A stretch of 64,000 nt of DNA from Alphaproteobacteria bacterium (GCA_965276005.1 OZ254962.1:2676991-2740990); one strand, 5' to 3'. Counted from the stretch's first letter, positions 39,225 to 50,485 are shown. A program made the numbers and translations. Notes: a model not told the origin generated them from the letters alone.

Positions 39225-40445
39225 TCATAAATAATCAATGGGAATGGCGGTCACTGTTTTGGTTATGGGACGATGGGTGTTTGCAAAACATAGTACGGCA
39301 CCTGATTTTATGTCTTTGCCAAATTTATTTAGTACCCGAAAGTGTTTTATATCATCCGTAGTTGGGTTACTCCTTTTCTTGATTTCTGTGGGGTATAACG
39401 CATTGTTTTGTTCTAATATGATGTCTATTTCCTTTTTGTCTTTATCCCGATAAAAAGATATATTGGGCTGCTTGCCATTGTGCCAGTATCCTTTGATAAT
39501 TTCGGATATGACAAAAGTTTCTAAGAATGCACCGTTCATTGCCCCTGTTTCCAAAACTTGTGGGGTTTTCCAGCCTGTTAAGTACGCCGCTAATCCCGTG
39601 TCCATAAAATAAATTTTTGGGGTTTTGATAACACGGGTTGTCATGTTATTCGAATAGGGGTATAACAAATAAATAATGCCCGAAATCTGCAATATGGACA
39701 CCCATGATTTTATAGTCGGTTGTGATACGCCGATATCCTTTGCCAAGTCCGCATAGTTTAACAACTGGGCTGTTCGTGCCGCTAGTGCTTGCATAAATTT
39801 TAGGAAATCCATCTCATTTGAAACATGGGTTAGGTTTTTGATGTCTTTCTCGATATAGGTCTGTACATACGATTCAAAAAATATGTCCCAATATGTATCA
39901 TCTGCGGTGTATAGCTTGGGGTATGCTCCTTGCCATATGCTGTGGAAAGTCTGTGTTATATTGCTCTGTTTTATATGGGGGGTTTGGTGTTGCAAAAAAT
40001 CTGTGCTTGGCAAAAAGGGCATAGTTGTTACGATGTGGTGTTTTTCTTGTTGTGATAAGCCTTGCAAGCGTAATATACCCACCCGACCTGCAAGGCTCTC
40101 AGATACATTTTGCATTAAATTAAACTGTTGCGACCCGGTAATCCAGAACATACCAGATGTATTTTTAGTATCCACAATGTCTTTGATATATGGAAACAAT
40201 TCGGGGGCATATTGAATTTCGTCAATCAACACCGGTGCAGGAAATCGTTGTAAAAACAGGGCGGGATCTTTTTGTGCCAGCTCCCTATTTTCCAATATGT
40301 CTAAGGATACATACAAACGGTTTTCCATATCCGTATTTTTTAACACTGTGGTTTTGCCCACCTGTCGGGGACCTGTAATCAACACCACCGGAAAAAAAGC
40401 ACTGGCATGTAGGATAGCTGTTTTAATGGTTCGTTGTATATACAT
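39225..40445 (-). CDS. AAA_14-type ATPase with DUF4143-like C-terminal domain
   Basis: GPRQVGKTT, IDEIQY, TGSQ, SESLAGR, PKIYFMDTGL, EIDIILE..PTEIK. Confidence 0.85.
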   Translation of the reverse strand: MYIQRTIKTAILHASAFFPVVLITGPRQVGKTTVLKNTDMENRLYVSLDILENRELAQKDPALFLQRFPAPVLIDEIQYAPELFPYIKDIVDTKNTSGMFWITGSQQFNLMQNVSESLAGRVGILRLQGLSQQEKHHIVTTMPFLPSTDFLQHQTPHIKQSNITQTFHSIWQGAYPKLYTADDTYWDIFFESYVQTYIEKDIKNLTHVSNEMDFLKFMQALAARTAQLLNYADLAKDIGVSQPTIKSWVSILQISGIIYLLYPYSNNMTTRVIKTPKIYFMDTGLAAYLTGWKTPQVLETGAMNGAFLETFVISEIIKGYWHNGKQPNISFYRDKDKKEIDIILEQNNALYPTEIKKRSNPTTDDIKHFRVLNKFGKDIKSGAVLCFANTHRPITKTVTAIPIDYL

Positions 40446-40638
40446 TTTTTCGTCCAATATAAAATATTATTTTAGATTAGCCGATTTTTTTTCATGTGTC
40501 AATATATAAAATGTTATTGTCACAAAAAACTGTACACTACACATAATTATATTGTGCTAGGGGAGGCTTTGGTGTATATTTTTTGTGTGATAGCATAGCG
40601 ATGGTGCTTGGGCATGAGACACTTAAAGGAGAAATTCA

Positions 40639-42210
40639 TTGAAAATTGGGGCGTTAAAAGAAACCGCACGGGGGGAAAATCGGGTGTCGATGACTCCTGA
40701 TAGTGCGGTACAATTGCAGAAATTGGGGCATAGCTGTTGTATACAAGCGGGTGCAGGTGTGGCGTCTGGTTTTAGTGATGATGCCTATACAGCGGTTGGG
40801 GTGGAAGTGTTTGGCACCGCCAAACAGCTGTGTACACGGGCGGACATTATTACCAAAGTTACGGTGCCTACTGCCAAACAGTTGGCTCGTATTCCAGCGA
40901 ATAAGACTTTTATTGCGTTTTTTAACCCGGCGGGCAATCCCGCATTGTTGGAACAAGCCAAAAATCAAGGTACTTGTGTTATCGCTATGGAAATGGTGCC
41001 ACGAATCAGTCGAGCCCAAAAGATGGATGCGTTGTCGTCGATGGCAAATATCGCCGGATACCGGGCGGTGATCGAGGCGGGCAACAACTTTGGGCGATTT
41101 TTCACCGGACAAGTGACCGCCGCCGGCAAGGTGCCACCGGCAAAAGTATTGGTTATTGGTGCCGGTGTGGCGGGGCTGGCGGCGATTGGTACCGCCACTT
41201 CGCTGGGGGCTATTGTGCGGGCGTTTGATGTGCGCCCAGAGGTAGCGGAACAAATCGAATCCATGGGGGCAGCGTTTTTATTTCTCGACTTCGACGATGG
41301 ACAAGACGGGGCGGCAACGGGCGGATATGCGGCACCCTCCAGTCCAGAATTTCGGGAAAAACAATTGCACTGCTTTCGGCAACAAGCCCCCGATGTCGAT
41401 ATAGTTATCACCACCGCTTTAATCCCCAATCGCCCCGCCCCTAAATTGTGGCTAGCCGATATGGTGGCATCGATGAAACCGGGGTCTGTGATTATCGATT
41501 TGGCGGCGGAGCGGGGCGGTAACTGTGAGGTGACTGTGGCGGACAAACGCATTGTAACCGATAACGGGGTGATTGTCATTGGATATACGGATTTTCCAAG
41601 CCGTATGGCGGCACAGAGTTCGACCTTGTACGCCACCAATATTCGCCATATGATCGCCGATTTAACCCCGGCAAAAGATGGGCAGGTTGTCCACGATATG
41701 CAAGACGATGTTATTCGTGGGGCAACGGTGGTATACGGGGGTGAAATAACTTTTCCACCGCCGCCGCCAAAGATACAGGCGATTGCCAGCACCGTTAATA
41801 AACAACAGCCGCAACCAGCAACCCCTGAACACATCAAAGCACAGGAACAGGCACAAAACGCCCGTATCACCAAACGCAGTTTTGCTATGATTGCTGTGGG
41901 TATTGTTGTCATGTTGGCACTGGGTACGGTTGCCCCCGTTAGTTTTATGCAGCATTTTGTGGTGTTTGTGTTGTCGTGTTTTGTCGGCTATCAAGTGATT
42001 TGGAATGTCAGCCACGCCTTGCACACGCCGTTAATGGCGGTGACCAACGCTATATCGGGCATAATAGTGATTGGGGCGGTGTTACAGCTGGGGACAAGTT
42101 CTGTGCTGATTACCGTACTGGCGTTTATTTCTGTGCTTATTGCGGCGATTAACATTTGTGGCGGGTTTTTGGTGACTCGCCGCATGCTTGCCATGTTCCA
42201 AAAATCGTAA
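40639..42210 (+). CDS. pntA: NAD(P) transhydrogenase alpha subunit
   Basis: [52 protein letters not shown]. Confidence 0.96.
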   Translation: MKIGALKETARGENRVSMTPDSAVQLQKLGHSCCIQAGAGVASGFSDDAYTAVGVEVFGTAKQLCTRADIITKVTVPTAKQLARIPANKTFIAFFNPAGNPALLEQAKNQGTCVIAMEMVPRISRAQKMDALSSMANIAGYRAVIEAGNNFGRFFTGQVTAAGKVPPAKVLVIGAGVAGLAAIGTATSLGAIVRAFDVRPEVAEQIESMGAAFLFLDFDDGQDGAATGGYAAPSSPEFREKQLHCFRQQAPDVDIVITTALIPNRPAPKLWLADMVASMKPGSVIIDLAAERGGNCEVTVADKRIVTDNGVIVIGYTDFPSRMAAQSSTLYATNIRHMIADLTPAKDGQVVHDMQDDVIRGATVVYGGEITFPPPPPKIQAIASTVNKQQPQPATPEHIKAQEQAQNARITKRSFAMIAVGIVVMLALGTVAPVSFMQHFVVFVLSCFVGYQVIWNVSHALHTPLMAVTNAISGIIVIGAVLQLGTSSVLITVLAFISVLIAAINICGGFLVTRRMLAMFQKS

Positions 42211-42229
42211 CAGAGGGAGGGGACACACC

Positions 42230-43666
42230 ATGTTTACAAATATGATTACAGCGTCTTATATTATCGCCCTTGTGTTGTTTATTTTGTCGCTTGGCGGTCT
42301 GTCGAACCAAGAAAGTGCCAAACGGGCGGTATGGTATGGTATTATCGGTATGGGTTTTGCCTTGTTTGCGGCGATTTTGGGTGTCAAGTCTGAGGCGTAC
42401 GGGTTGCTTGTCCCCGCCCTTGTTATTGGTGCGGTGGTTGGGTACTTTGTGGCAAAGCGGGTAGAGATGACCGAAATGCCGCAACTGGTGGCGATTTTGC
42501 ATTCGTTTGTCGGTTTGGCGGCGGTGTTTATCGGTATTAACGCCAGTCTGGATATATCCGCTGTATTTGGTTCTAACGATGTAGATCTTAGCACTTTGTC
42601 GAAGTTTGCCGATAAAATAGCCGGCAAAAATGAGGTGGAACTGCATATTTTACGCATCGAGATTATTCTAGGCGTGTTTATCGGGGCGGTAACATTTACC
42701 GGATCGGTGGTGGCTTTTGGCAAATTAGCCGGCAAAATCAATGGTAAAGCCATCAAATTACCCGGCGGGCATGTGTGGAATGTGGTGGCGTTGCTGTTGT
42801 CCATATGGTGCGGGTACCAGTATTTTACTACCGATGCCACTATGTGGTTGGTGTATGTATCGCTGTTGGCGGGTTTTATCGGTGTGCATTTGATTATGGG
42901 TATTGGCGGTGCGGATATGCCAGTGGTGGTGTCGATGTTAAACAGCTATTCGGGTTGGGCGGCGGCAGCCATAGGGTTTTCGCTGGAAAACGACTTGTTA
43001 ATTGTAACCGGGGCGTTGGTTGGGTCTTCGGGGGCGATTTTGTCTTATATTATGTGTAAAGCCATGAATCGGGCGTTTGTATCGGTGATATTAGGCGGGT
43101 TTGGCAACACTTCGGGGGCACAGCAACAGGTCGAAGGCGAACAAATCGCCATTGAAGCGGAAGGGGTCGCCGCCGCTTTACAACAGGCGGAGTCGGTGAT
43201 TATCGTGCCCGGTTACGGTATGGCGGTGGCACAAGCCCAACAATCCGTATCTGCATTGTGTAAACGGCTTATCGCACAGGGAAAAACCGTCCGTTTTGCT
43301 ATCCACCCTGTGGCGGGGCGGTTGCCGGGGCATATGAATGTGTTACTAGCGGAGGCAAAAGTGCCGTATGATATTGTCCTAGAAATGGATGAGATTAACG
43401 CCGATTTTGCCAATACAGATGTGGTGATCGTGATTGGGTCGAACGACACCGTCAACCCCGCCGCCCAAGACGACCCCACCAGCCCCATCGCCGGCATGCC
43501 GGTTGTCGAGGTATGGCACGCCAAACAAGTATTCGTCTGCAAACGGGGGGCAGGTGCCGGCTATTCGGGTATTGAAAACCCATTGTTTTACAAGGAAAAC
43601 ACCCGCATGTATTACGGCGATGCAAAAGCCACAATCAATACGCTTATATCTTTAATGTCCACTTAA
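42230..43666 (+). CDS. pntB: NAD(P) transhydrogenase beta subunit
   Basis: [47 protein letters not shown]. Confidence 0.96.
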   Translation: MFTNMITASYIIALVLFILSLGGLSNQESAKRAVWYGIIGMGFALFAAILGVKSEAYGLLVPALVIGAVVGYFVAKRVEMTEMPQLVAILHSFVGLAAVFIGINASLDISAVFGSNDVDLSTLSKFADKIAGKNEVELHILRIEIILGVFIGAVTFTGSVVAFGKLAGKINGKAIKLPGGHVWNVVALLLSIWCGYQYFTTDATMWLVYVSLLAGFIGVHLIMGIGGADMPVVVSMLNSYSGWAAAAIGFSLENDLLIVTGALVGSSGAILSYIMCKAMNRAFVSVILGGFGNTSGAQQQVEGEQIAIEAEGVAAALQQAESVIIVPGYGMAVAQAQQSVSALCKRLIAQGKTVRFAIHPVAGRLPGHMNVLLAEAKVPYDIVLEMDEINADFANTDVVIVIGSNDTVNPAAQDDPTSPIAGMPVVEVWHAKQVFVCKRGAGAGYSGIENPLFYKENTRMYYGDAKATINTLISLMST

Positions 43667-43730
43667 CAAGAGGGCTGTGTAGGTTCCCGTTTGTGGGTGT
43701 GTTTTTATTTTGTTGAGATACAATACGCAT

Positions 43731-43756
43731 AAAAAGAATCGCCCATAAGGGCGATT
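43731..43756 (-). terminator. Intrinsic terminator downstream of the multicopper oxidase
   Basis: AATCGCCC-TTAT-GGGCGATT followed by CTTTTT on the minus strand. Confidence 0.6.
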
Positions 43757-43789
43757 ATAGTAAGTGACAACCTATAAAAATGTATTTTT

Positions 43790-45166
43790 TTATACCACTT
43801 CGACCCATGTCATCAGACCGGATACTTGGTGCCCCAACATGTGGCAATGTATCATCCACTTGCCGGGGTTGTCGAACAGGGTGGCGACTTTTACTTTTTG
43901 GTTGCGGGCGACAAAGATACTGTCTTGATAGGTGTCTGGGGTGCCTAACACTCTGGCATGGTGTCCGTGTAGGTGCATGACATGGTCGAACAAGGTGTCG
44001 TTTACCATGTTAAGTACGCCGGTTTCGCCCCGTTTAAAGCGATAATATGGGGTGGCGTCCATGCCGGATTTGCCATTGATTGCCCAGATGGATTCGGATA
44101 CATTGCCGCCGGTCATCATACGCATCATCGATCCCATCGCCCGGGTACTCATGGCACCGCCGCCGATGATGAAGTCCATTTTTTTACCGCTTTGTGCATT
44201 CGGTGCGGGTAAGTTGTGTGCCTCGATAGCGGCAATGGGAGCGGTGTTTTTTGCCACTTCCCCCTGTACGGGCAGGGTGCCAAGCCTTAACCCTTGCGTT
44301 AGGTTGGCAAAATCGACACCAAATTCGTTGCCGGTTATATCGGCAATAATATCGATGCGTTGGGCGGAGGCTAGGGTAAGAGTCCGCTGCGATACGGGCT
44401 TTTTGATTGCCATACCATCGAATGCCACTATTCGATATTTTGCCCCTTTGATCCGCAACTTGAAAGTGCGATCGGTCGATGGGTTAATAAATCTAAATCG
44501 CACCCGTTCGTTGCGTTTGAGCGGGGCGGGGTATTGGTCGGTCATAGTATCACGGAAAAACGCTTTTGCCGAATTGCCCAGCCTGCCATCGTGTGCCATT
44601 TGTACAATGTTGTCAAAACCGCCGGCAATTTGCCCTCGATTGTCCAGCAGCCAATCGTCGACAATGACAATAATATCCCTGTCGACTGCCGGCGGATTGT
44701 CTTCGAACACAATCAATGGACCATGCAGTCCCCGGGCTATTTGTTCCCAAGATTTATTGTGCGAATGGTACCAATATGTGCCGGCATCGGGGACGGTAAA
44801 GTCATAGTCGAAAAATTGCCCTTGCTTTACAAAAGGCTGGGTCAAACCGGGCACGCCGTCCATACTGTTTTTGATGCGGATGCCGTGCCAATGGATACTG
44901 GAGGCTTGTGGTATGGTGTTTTGAAACCGCACTTGTACCCGCCCGCCCCGATAGGCACGAATGGTCGGACCCGGCGTCATACCGTTATACCCCCAAGTGC
45001 GGGTGATAACATCATTGCCAAAAAACCTTGAATCGACCGACTGTGCGGTCAAAGTCATCGGCGGGCTGGCAGCGGCGGGTGTCGATTGTCCTAATACACC
45101 GTTAGGCAACAATAGCGATGCGGCGGCACAGCCCCCGGTTTTTAAAAAGTGTCGTCTCGTTATCAT
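43790..45166 (-). CDS. Tat-exported three-domain multicopper oxidase
   Basis: RRHFLK Tat motif; HWHG, YWYHSH, HVMHLHGH, HCHMLGHQVSGLM. Confidence 0.92.
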   Translation of the reverse strand: MITRRHFLKTGGCAAASLLLPNGVLGQSTPAAASPPMTLTAQSVDSRFFGNDVITRTWGYNGMTPGPTIRAYRGGRVQVRFQNTIPQASSIHWHGIRIKNSMDGVPGLTQPFVKQGQFFDYDFTVPDAGTYWYHSHNKSWEQIARGLHGPLIVFEDNPPAVDRDIIVIVDDWLLDNRGQIAGGFDNIVQMAHDGRLGNSAKAFFRDTMTDQYPAPLKRNERVRFRFINPSTDRTFKLRIKGAKYRIVAFDGMAIKKPVSQRTLTLASAQRIDIIADITGNEFGVDFANLTQGLRLGTLPVQGEVAKNTAPIAAIEAHNLPAPNAQSGKKMDFIIGGGAMSTRAMGSMMRMMTGGNVSESIWAINGKSGMDATPYYRFKRGETGVLNMVNDTLFDHVMHLHGHHARVLGTPDTYQDSIFVARNQKVKVATLFDNPGKWMIHCHMLGHQVSGLMTWVEVV

Positions 45167-45214
45167 GTGATCCTCCTTTATAGTATATTATACACTGGAT
45201 AACAGGCAAAAAAA

Positions 45215-45493
45215 TTATTCGTACTTTTTCAACAACTTGATGAGTTCGGCAATTTGTTGTTTTTGCATCTCCTCATCTGTTGCTGTGTCGACTTGGCAGG
45301 CTTTGTGTAAACACGATTGCATATGGGTTTCTAAGATAGCCAGTTCGACGCTTTTTAAGGCGTTGCGGACGGCTTTGACCTGCATCATGATGTCGACGCA
45401 GTATTTTTCTTCGTCGATCATGCGTTTGATGCCTTCGATCTGTCCGCTCACTCGATTCAGCTGACTCATATGGTGTTTGTGTGATGGGTTCAT
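45215..45493 (-). CDS. CsoR/RcnR family metal-sensing repressor
   Basis: LNRVSGQIEGIKRMIDEEKYCVDIMMQ...ETHMQSC (Cys-His-Cys fingerprint). Confidence 0.9.
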   Translation of the reverse strand: MNPSHKHHMSQLNRVSGQIEGIKRMIDEEKYCVDIMMQVKAVRNALKSVELAILETHMQSCLHKACQVDTATDEEMQKQQIAELIKLLKKYE

Positions 45494-45529
45494 AATGGTA
45501 TCTCCTTGCTAAGTATGTCCAGTATCGCC

Positions 45530-45558
45530 AATATACCAATAGGGGGTATAGGTGTCAA
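45530..45558 (-). promoter_or_regulatory. Sigma70 promoter with CsoR-type operator upstream of the repressor
   Basis: TTGACA-N17-TATATT overlapping TATACC-N7-GGTATA with a central G/C tract. Confidence 0.75.
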
Positions 45559-45561
45559 GGG

Positions 45562-46647
45562 TTAAGTAAAATAATTTATTATCAGCGACACCGCAACAAT
45601 CTGTGGCACGGTTATTAACGGTATAAACAGCGGCAATCGCCAACTTTTTGTGGTGTCTTTCAAGATCATAATTTCTGTATAATCTGTCGATACCCCTGCC
45701 ATCAAAAATGCAAAGCTGTTGCCGGGGGCGTTTGCCCGGGTCATAATATCAGCGGCAATCGGGGTCGATCCTTCGGAGCAGACTTCGATCACCGTTGCGG
45801 TTACAATAGTAATCAATAACCCAAGTGCGGTGGGGCCAAAGAAACTTTGGAATTGCTCTGGATTCATAATAACTCGAATTAAACCGGCAAGCAAAATGCC
45901 GAACATCAACCACCTTACAACTATTTTTGAGTCTCTAATACCTGTAAGTGCCATGTCTTTAAACAATGCCGGGGTGAATTGTGTCCGCTTTAAGCCGGCT
46001 TTGGTCTCCGCCCAAAAATCGAAGTTTTCCGGCATATCGACCGTATGCGGATTGCCAACCAGCACCCCACGGGCGACCAATTTATCAAAGATATAGCCGG
46101 TGATTAAACCGATTGCCATCGACAGCACAATAAACGCTACCGTCCACCCAAAGCCAATTAAAGCAATAAGAATCAAGGTCAGCGAAAAAGAATTCCACGG
46201 GCTGGCAAGCAAAAAAGCAATCACCTGTCCGGCACTGGCACCCCGTTGGTACAGTTTGACCGCTACCATTAAAATACCGTGTGAACACAAATCCAATAAC
46301 ACCCCCGCACCTGTCGCCCGTAGCAGCCCCGACATGGTACCGCCCTTGCCCAACATCGACATAACAAAGGTGGCGGGGACTTTCGATAAGATACCAATAA
46401 ATATCATACCAATCACTATCCCCCACCACAGCTCAAATACCATCTCGACAACTGTTTCTGCCATTGTCGATACAATATTATATTGGGCGATACTGTCGTC
46501 AAACCAATACCCCAATATAAACAACACCGTTACAGCGGGAAACGACCCCCACCACAAATAATCAATGCGTTTTTTGCCTTCAGCAATGTTCGTATGGCAA
46601 CAACTGGGTGCCTTTGCCACCGCTACATCGTTTTCAATTTTTGTCAT
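45562..46647 (-). CDS. DUF318-type predicted permease (metal/metalloid-related)
   Basis: Multiple TM segments, N-terminal SCCH, LDLCSHG and EVCSEG repeats, FLMAGVSTD. Confidence 0.75.
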   Translation of the reverse strand: MTKIENDVAVAKAPSCCHTNIAEGKKRIDYLWWGSFPAVTVLFILGYWFDDSIAQYNIVSTMAETVVEMVFELWWGIVIGMIFIGILSKVPATFVMSMLGKGGTMSGLLRATGAGVLLDLCSHGILMVAVKLYQRGASAGQVIAFLLASPWNSFSLTLILIALIGFGWTVAFIVLSMAIGLITGYIFDKLVARGVLVGNPHTVDMPENFDFWAETKAGLKRTQFTPALFKDMALTGIRDSKIVVRWLMFGILLAGLIRVIMNPEQFQSFFGPTALGLLITIVTATVIEVCSEGSTPIAADIMTRANAPGNSFAFLMAGVSTDYTEIMILKDTTKSWRLPLFIPLITVPQIVAVSLIINYFT

Positions 46648-46690
46648 AATATCCTCCTCGATTCAAAAAAATATATTCAACGATGCCTTT

Positions 46691-46719
46691 ACAATATACC
46701 CCCTATGGGTATATGTCAA
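46691..46719 (-). promoter_or_regulatory. Sigma70 promoter with CsoR-type operator upstream of the permease
   Basis: TTGACA-N17-TATTGT overlapping TATACC-N7-GGTATA. Confidence 0.75.
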
Positions 46720-46798
46720 GCTGTTTTTTTAAAAAAAATGAAAAAAATAGTATAGGCGGTGTTTGCATATGGGGGGGATATGGTGGTATGATGTATAT

Positions 46799-49525
46799 AT
46801 GAAGACATCGTTACAGCTCAATATCCCCGTGTTATTTTTGCATAATCGCCAGTGGGTTATGCTCGATACGGATGGCGTGGTTGCCTGTCATGACGGGGTG
46901 TCGGCACAACAGATTTTACAAAATGCCAGCGATCCGATTATTGTTTGTTATACGCCGTTTGTGTGTTCCAGATTAAAAGTGGATAATTTTCCCGCTTTGG
47001 ACATGCTGGAATTGTGGGCGTTTGTCAAGCCGGCGGTGCCGGTGGTACCGACCATTGCTGGTATACTGCACGCCTTGAATATGTATCCTGAGGATGACAG
47101 CTGTGAGGCGATGGCGGCGGCTGTGTGGCAAGCGATTCGGGTGTTGATTACCACCATTAGCCAAGAATCGGGTCGCCCCAGTACGGAAGACCTGTTGGTG
47201 TCGTTGGCGAAAAGCGGTTGGGGTTGGGCACCGCCGTTGTTGCAGGTTTTAAACTTGAATATGCAAGATTTTATCCATAAACCGCTTACCGAAGGGTTGG
47301 ACATTTGGCATCGCTTGCCCGAGTGGGAAAACAAAGCCCCACCGCCACAGGCAAACACCAAACCTATCAATAGCGATGAAGTTGGCGACCGCTTGCGAAC
47401 TTTTTTGGGCAGTGGTGCCGAACACCGTCCGCAACAAATTGCTTTGTGCCAATCCCTTGTGCCGGCGTTTCAGGCAAAAACCGATGACGCCCCTAATATC
47501 GTCATTGCCGAAGGCGGCACCGGGGTCGGCAAAACTTATGCGTATTTGGCACCCGCCACCGTGTGGGCGGAGAAAAACGATGCCCCCGTGTGGATCTCCA
47601 CATATACAAAAAACCTGCAACACCAAATTTACGAGCAAGTTACCGCTTTGTATCCAGATATACAACAACGCAAGCAGCGGGTGATACTGTGTAAGGGGCG
47701 GGAAAATTATCTGTGTTTGTCTCGGTTTGAAACTATGACGCAACAGGTATCGCAAAATGCCCGGATATTAAAAGCGATGGTGCTGCTTGCCCGCTGGGCG
47801 GAACACAGTATGGATGGCGATCTTAACGGCAAAGACTTTCCATCGTGGTTGGTGTCTGTCGTCGACATCGATGGCACGCTTTTGAACAGACTGACCTTGC
47901 AATACGATGTGGGCGAAACCCATGCGGGGTGTAGCCACGACAACTGTTTTGTCGATCTGGCAGCCAAAAAAGCCAAGTATGCGGACATTGTCATAACCAA
48001 CCACGCCTTTGTTTTACACCGTGCCATTCGCAATTATGAAAACGGCGAACAAGACACCATGCCGCACATCGTATTTGACGAAGCCCACCACTTGTTCGAA
48101 GCCTGTGACTCGGCATTTAGTACGGCGTTTTCTGCGTGGGATTCGTTTATGCTGCGGCGGTTTTTAATCAAAAAAGAAACCATCGACATGTGGCAAAGCG
48201 GCGGAACCTTGACCGCTTTGATAGACGCCGTGTACAAACAAGACGATACCATTACCGAACACCGTATTGCCTTGCAACAACAGGCAGAGTGCTTAACCGC
48301 CGACGAGTGGCAAAGCCGATTCGAACAGCACCGCCCCAGTGGCGATATGGAATCGTTGCTGTGTGATATATATGTATATATTTGTAATAATATCGATGAT
48401 TATGGCTATAATATGGAAATCCGTACGGATAATATGCCACAAAATATCCGCACCCTTGCCCAAGCGGTGATGGAACAGCTGCGAGATATGCTGCCCCCCG
48501 CCCATGCCATGTTACAACAGGCACAACAGACTTTTACTACTGAAAGCGACAGCCTGCACAAACACGAAAGGCTAGCGTTGCAAAATCTTATATCTGCCCT
48601 GACATGGCGGGTGATTCGCCCGGTTGAGTCGTGGTGTGATATACTTATATCATTAGCGGAAAATGCCCCGCAACAAACCTGCATCGACCGCTTGTTTGTC
48701 AACCGCTGGACGGATAATAACGATGTGCAAAGGTTAAGTAATGTGGGTTGTGTCCGCCACCAATTAGACCCGATGAAAGGGTTTTACGAAATCGTATTGC
48801 ACCCGAATCGAGGGGCGGTGATGACATCGGCAACCCTGTGCGACCAAAATGACGATTGGCTGCATATCCGTACGGGTACACAACACGCACAGCCCCCCCC
48901 CATTATCACCACCCATGCAAGCCCATTCGATTATCACAACAACAGTAAAATCCTGTGTGTAACTGATGTGCAGAAAAACGATACACACCAGCTGGCGGGG
49001 GCGTATACAGCATTGTTTACGGCGTCTGGTGGCGGGGCGTTGGGGGTATTTACCAACATTCGCCGCTTGCAAAAGGTGGGCAAAATAATTCGTCCGCACC
49101 TTGCCAAAAACGGTATCGACCTGTATGCCCAACACCTAAACCATATGACCATCACCACCCTTATCGACATCTTTAAACAGGACAAAAACAGCTGTTTACT
49201 AGGCACAGATGCCGTACGAGATGGAGTCGATGTACCGGGTGACAGCTTACGCCTGTTGGTACTGGAACGCATACCATGGGCAATGTCTAATATATTAAAT
49301 ACCACCCGGGATAAGCATTTTACTACGGTAGACTACAAACAAGCCCTAGTAAGGATGAAACTACAACAAGCATTCGGACGGTTGCTTCGCACCAAAACCG
49401 ATAGGGGCGTATGCGTGTGCTTACAAAAAATCCCGCAACGATTCACATCTGCATTCCCCGATGATACGGAAATTATCCACTGTACGCTAGCGGAAGCCTG
49501 CGATTTTATACGGGATATACTATAA
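46799..49525 (+). CDS. DinG/YoaA family ATP-dependent DNA helicase
   Basis: EGGTGVGKT, KGRENYLC, ITNHA, FDEAHH, TSATL, GVDVPG, QAFGRLLR. Confidence 0.92.
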   Translation: MKTSLQLNIPVLFLHNRQWVMLDTDGVVACHDGVSAQQILQNASDPIIVCYTPFVCSRLKVDNFPALDMLELWAFVKPAVPVVPTIAGILHALNMYPEDDSCEAMAAAVWQAIRVLITTISQESGRPSTEDLLVSLAKSGWGWAPPLLQVLNLNMQDFIHKPLTEGLDIWHRLPEWENKAPPPQANTKPINSDEVGDRLRTFLGSGAEHRPQQIALCQSLVPAFQAKTDDAPNIVIAEGGTGVGKTYAYLAPATVWAEKNDAPVWISTYTKNLQHQIYEQVTALYPDIQQRKQRVILCKGRENYLCLSRFETMTQQVSQNARILKAMVLLARWAEHSMDGDLNGKDFPSWLVSVVDIDGTLLNRLTLQYDVGETHAGCSHDNCFVDLAAKKAKYADIVITNHAFVLHRAIRNYENGEQDTMPHIVFDEAHHLFEACDSAFSTAFSAWDSFMLRRFLIKKETIDMWQSGGTLTALIDAVYKQDDTITEHRIALQQQAECLTADEWQSRFEQHRPSGDMESLLCDIYVYICNNIDDYGYNMEIRTDNMPQNIRTLAQAVMEQLRDMLPPAHAMLQQAQQTFTTESDSLHKHERLALQNLISALTWRVIRPVESWCDILISLAENAPQQTCIDRLFVNRWTDNNDVQRLSNVGCVRHQLDPMKGFYEIVLHPNRGAVMTSATLCDQNDDWLHIRTGTQHAQPPPIITTHASPFDYHNNSKILCVTDVQKNDTHQLAGAYTALFTASGGGALGVFTNIRRLQKVGKIIRPHLAKNGIDLYAQHLNHMTITTLIDIFKQDKNSCLLGTDAVRDGVDVPGDSLRLLVLERIPWAMSNILNTTRDKHFTTVDYKQALVRMKLQQAFGRLLRTKTDRGVCVCLQKIPQRFTSAFPDDTEIIHCTLAEACDFIRDIL

Positions 49526-49560
49526 TATACAATTTTTATACAAAAATTTTATATTTTCAC

Positions 49561-49592
49561 TTGACATATACTTCAAAAATACTTAATATAAT
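49561..49592 (+). promoter_or_regulatory. Putative sigma70 promoter of the hpa-like operon
   Basis: TTGACA-N17-TAATAT. Confidence 0.55.
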
Positions 49593-49624
49593 AATTAAAT
49601 ATAGGCACACTAAAGGAGTTATGT

Positions 49625-50485
49625 ATGAAATTTGCCACTTATACGACAGCGGATAAACAAACTTTTTATGGGGCGGTTGCGGATGCGGGTATGATTGCCC
49701 TGTCGCCACACTTTCCCCAGTGGGCAACGCTGAGGGATGTGATTGCCGATCGAGGGTTGTCTACTCTTGTCCAGCACGCACGGGGGCTGTCGGTTACCCA
49801 TGCACAGGGATCGTTTATATATGAAATTCCGCTGCCGAATGCGGAGAAGATTATTTGTGTTGGGGTCAATTTTCCCGCCCGTAACGCTGAATATAAAGAC
49901 GGACAAGCTGCCCCCGAAAACATGTCGTTGTTTCCCCGCTTTGCCGGTTCGTTTACCGGGCACAATCGCCCACTGATTCGTCCAAAAGTCTCCGATAAGC
50001 TGGATTATGAAGGCGAAATTGCCGTTGTCATTGGCACCGGTGGTCGCCATATCAAACAAGCGGATGCATATGATCATATCGCCGCTATATCGCTGTGCAA
50101 TGAAGGTACTTTGCGGGATTGGGTGCGACATGCAAAATTTAATGTTACACAAGGGAAAAATTTCGACAGCTCCGGTGCTATCGGTCCGTGGTTGGTACCG
50201 TTTACCGATGCCCGCCAACTGGATGATGTGCGATTGACCACCCATGTAAATGGCGAATTACGCCAAGACGACCGCACCGCCCGCATGCTGTTTCCCATTA
50301 AGCGGCAAATAGAATACATTTCCACTTTTACCACATTGGCAGCCGGCGATATTATTATCACCGGCACCCCCACAGGAGCGGGGGCAAGGTTCGACCCGCC
50401 TAAATTTTTAAAACCGGGCGATGTGGTTGAAGTTACTGCCGAAGGTATTGGCACTCTGGTAAACACTGTCGAGGATGAAGTATGA
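49625..50485 (+). CDS. Fumarylacetoacetate hydrolase family protein (HpaG/HpcE-like)
   Basis: CVGVNF, DYEGEIAV, NEGTLRD, GKNFD, TGTPTG. Confidence 0.88.
   Translation: MKFATYTTADKQTFYGAVADAGMIALSPHFPQWATLRDVIADRGLSTLVQHARGLSVTHAQGSFIYEIPLPNAEKIICVGVNFPARNAEYKDGQAAPENMSLFPRFAGSFTGHNRPLIRPKVSDKLDYEGEIAVVIGTGGRHIKQADAYDHIAAISLCNEGTLRDWVRHAKFNVTQGKNFDSSGAIGPWLVPFTDARQLDDVRLTTHVNGELRQDDRTARMLFPIKRQIEYISTFTTLAAGDIIITGTPTGAGARFDPPKFLKPGDVVEVTAEGIGTLVNTVEDEV

Noticed and set aside
40965-41912. Long antisense ORFs (for example 40965-41912, 6712-7497, 44052-44807, 22199-22921)
   Set aside because: They are shadows of well-supported genes on the opposite strand and have no motifs.
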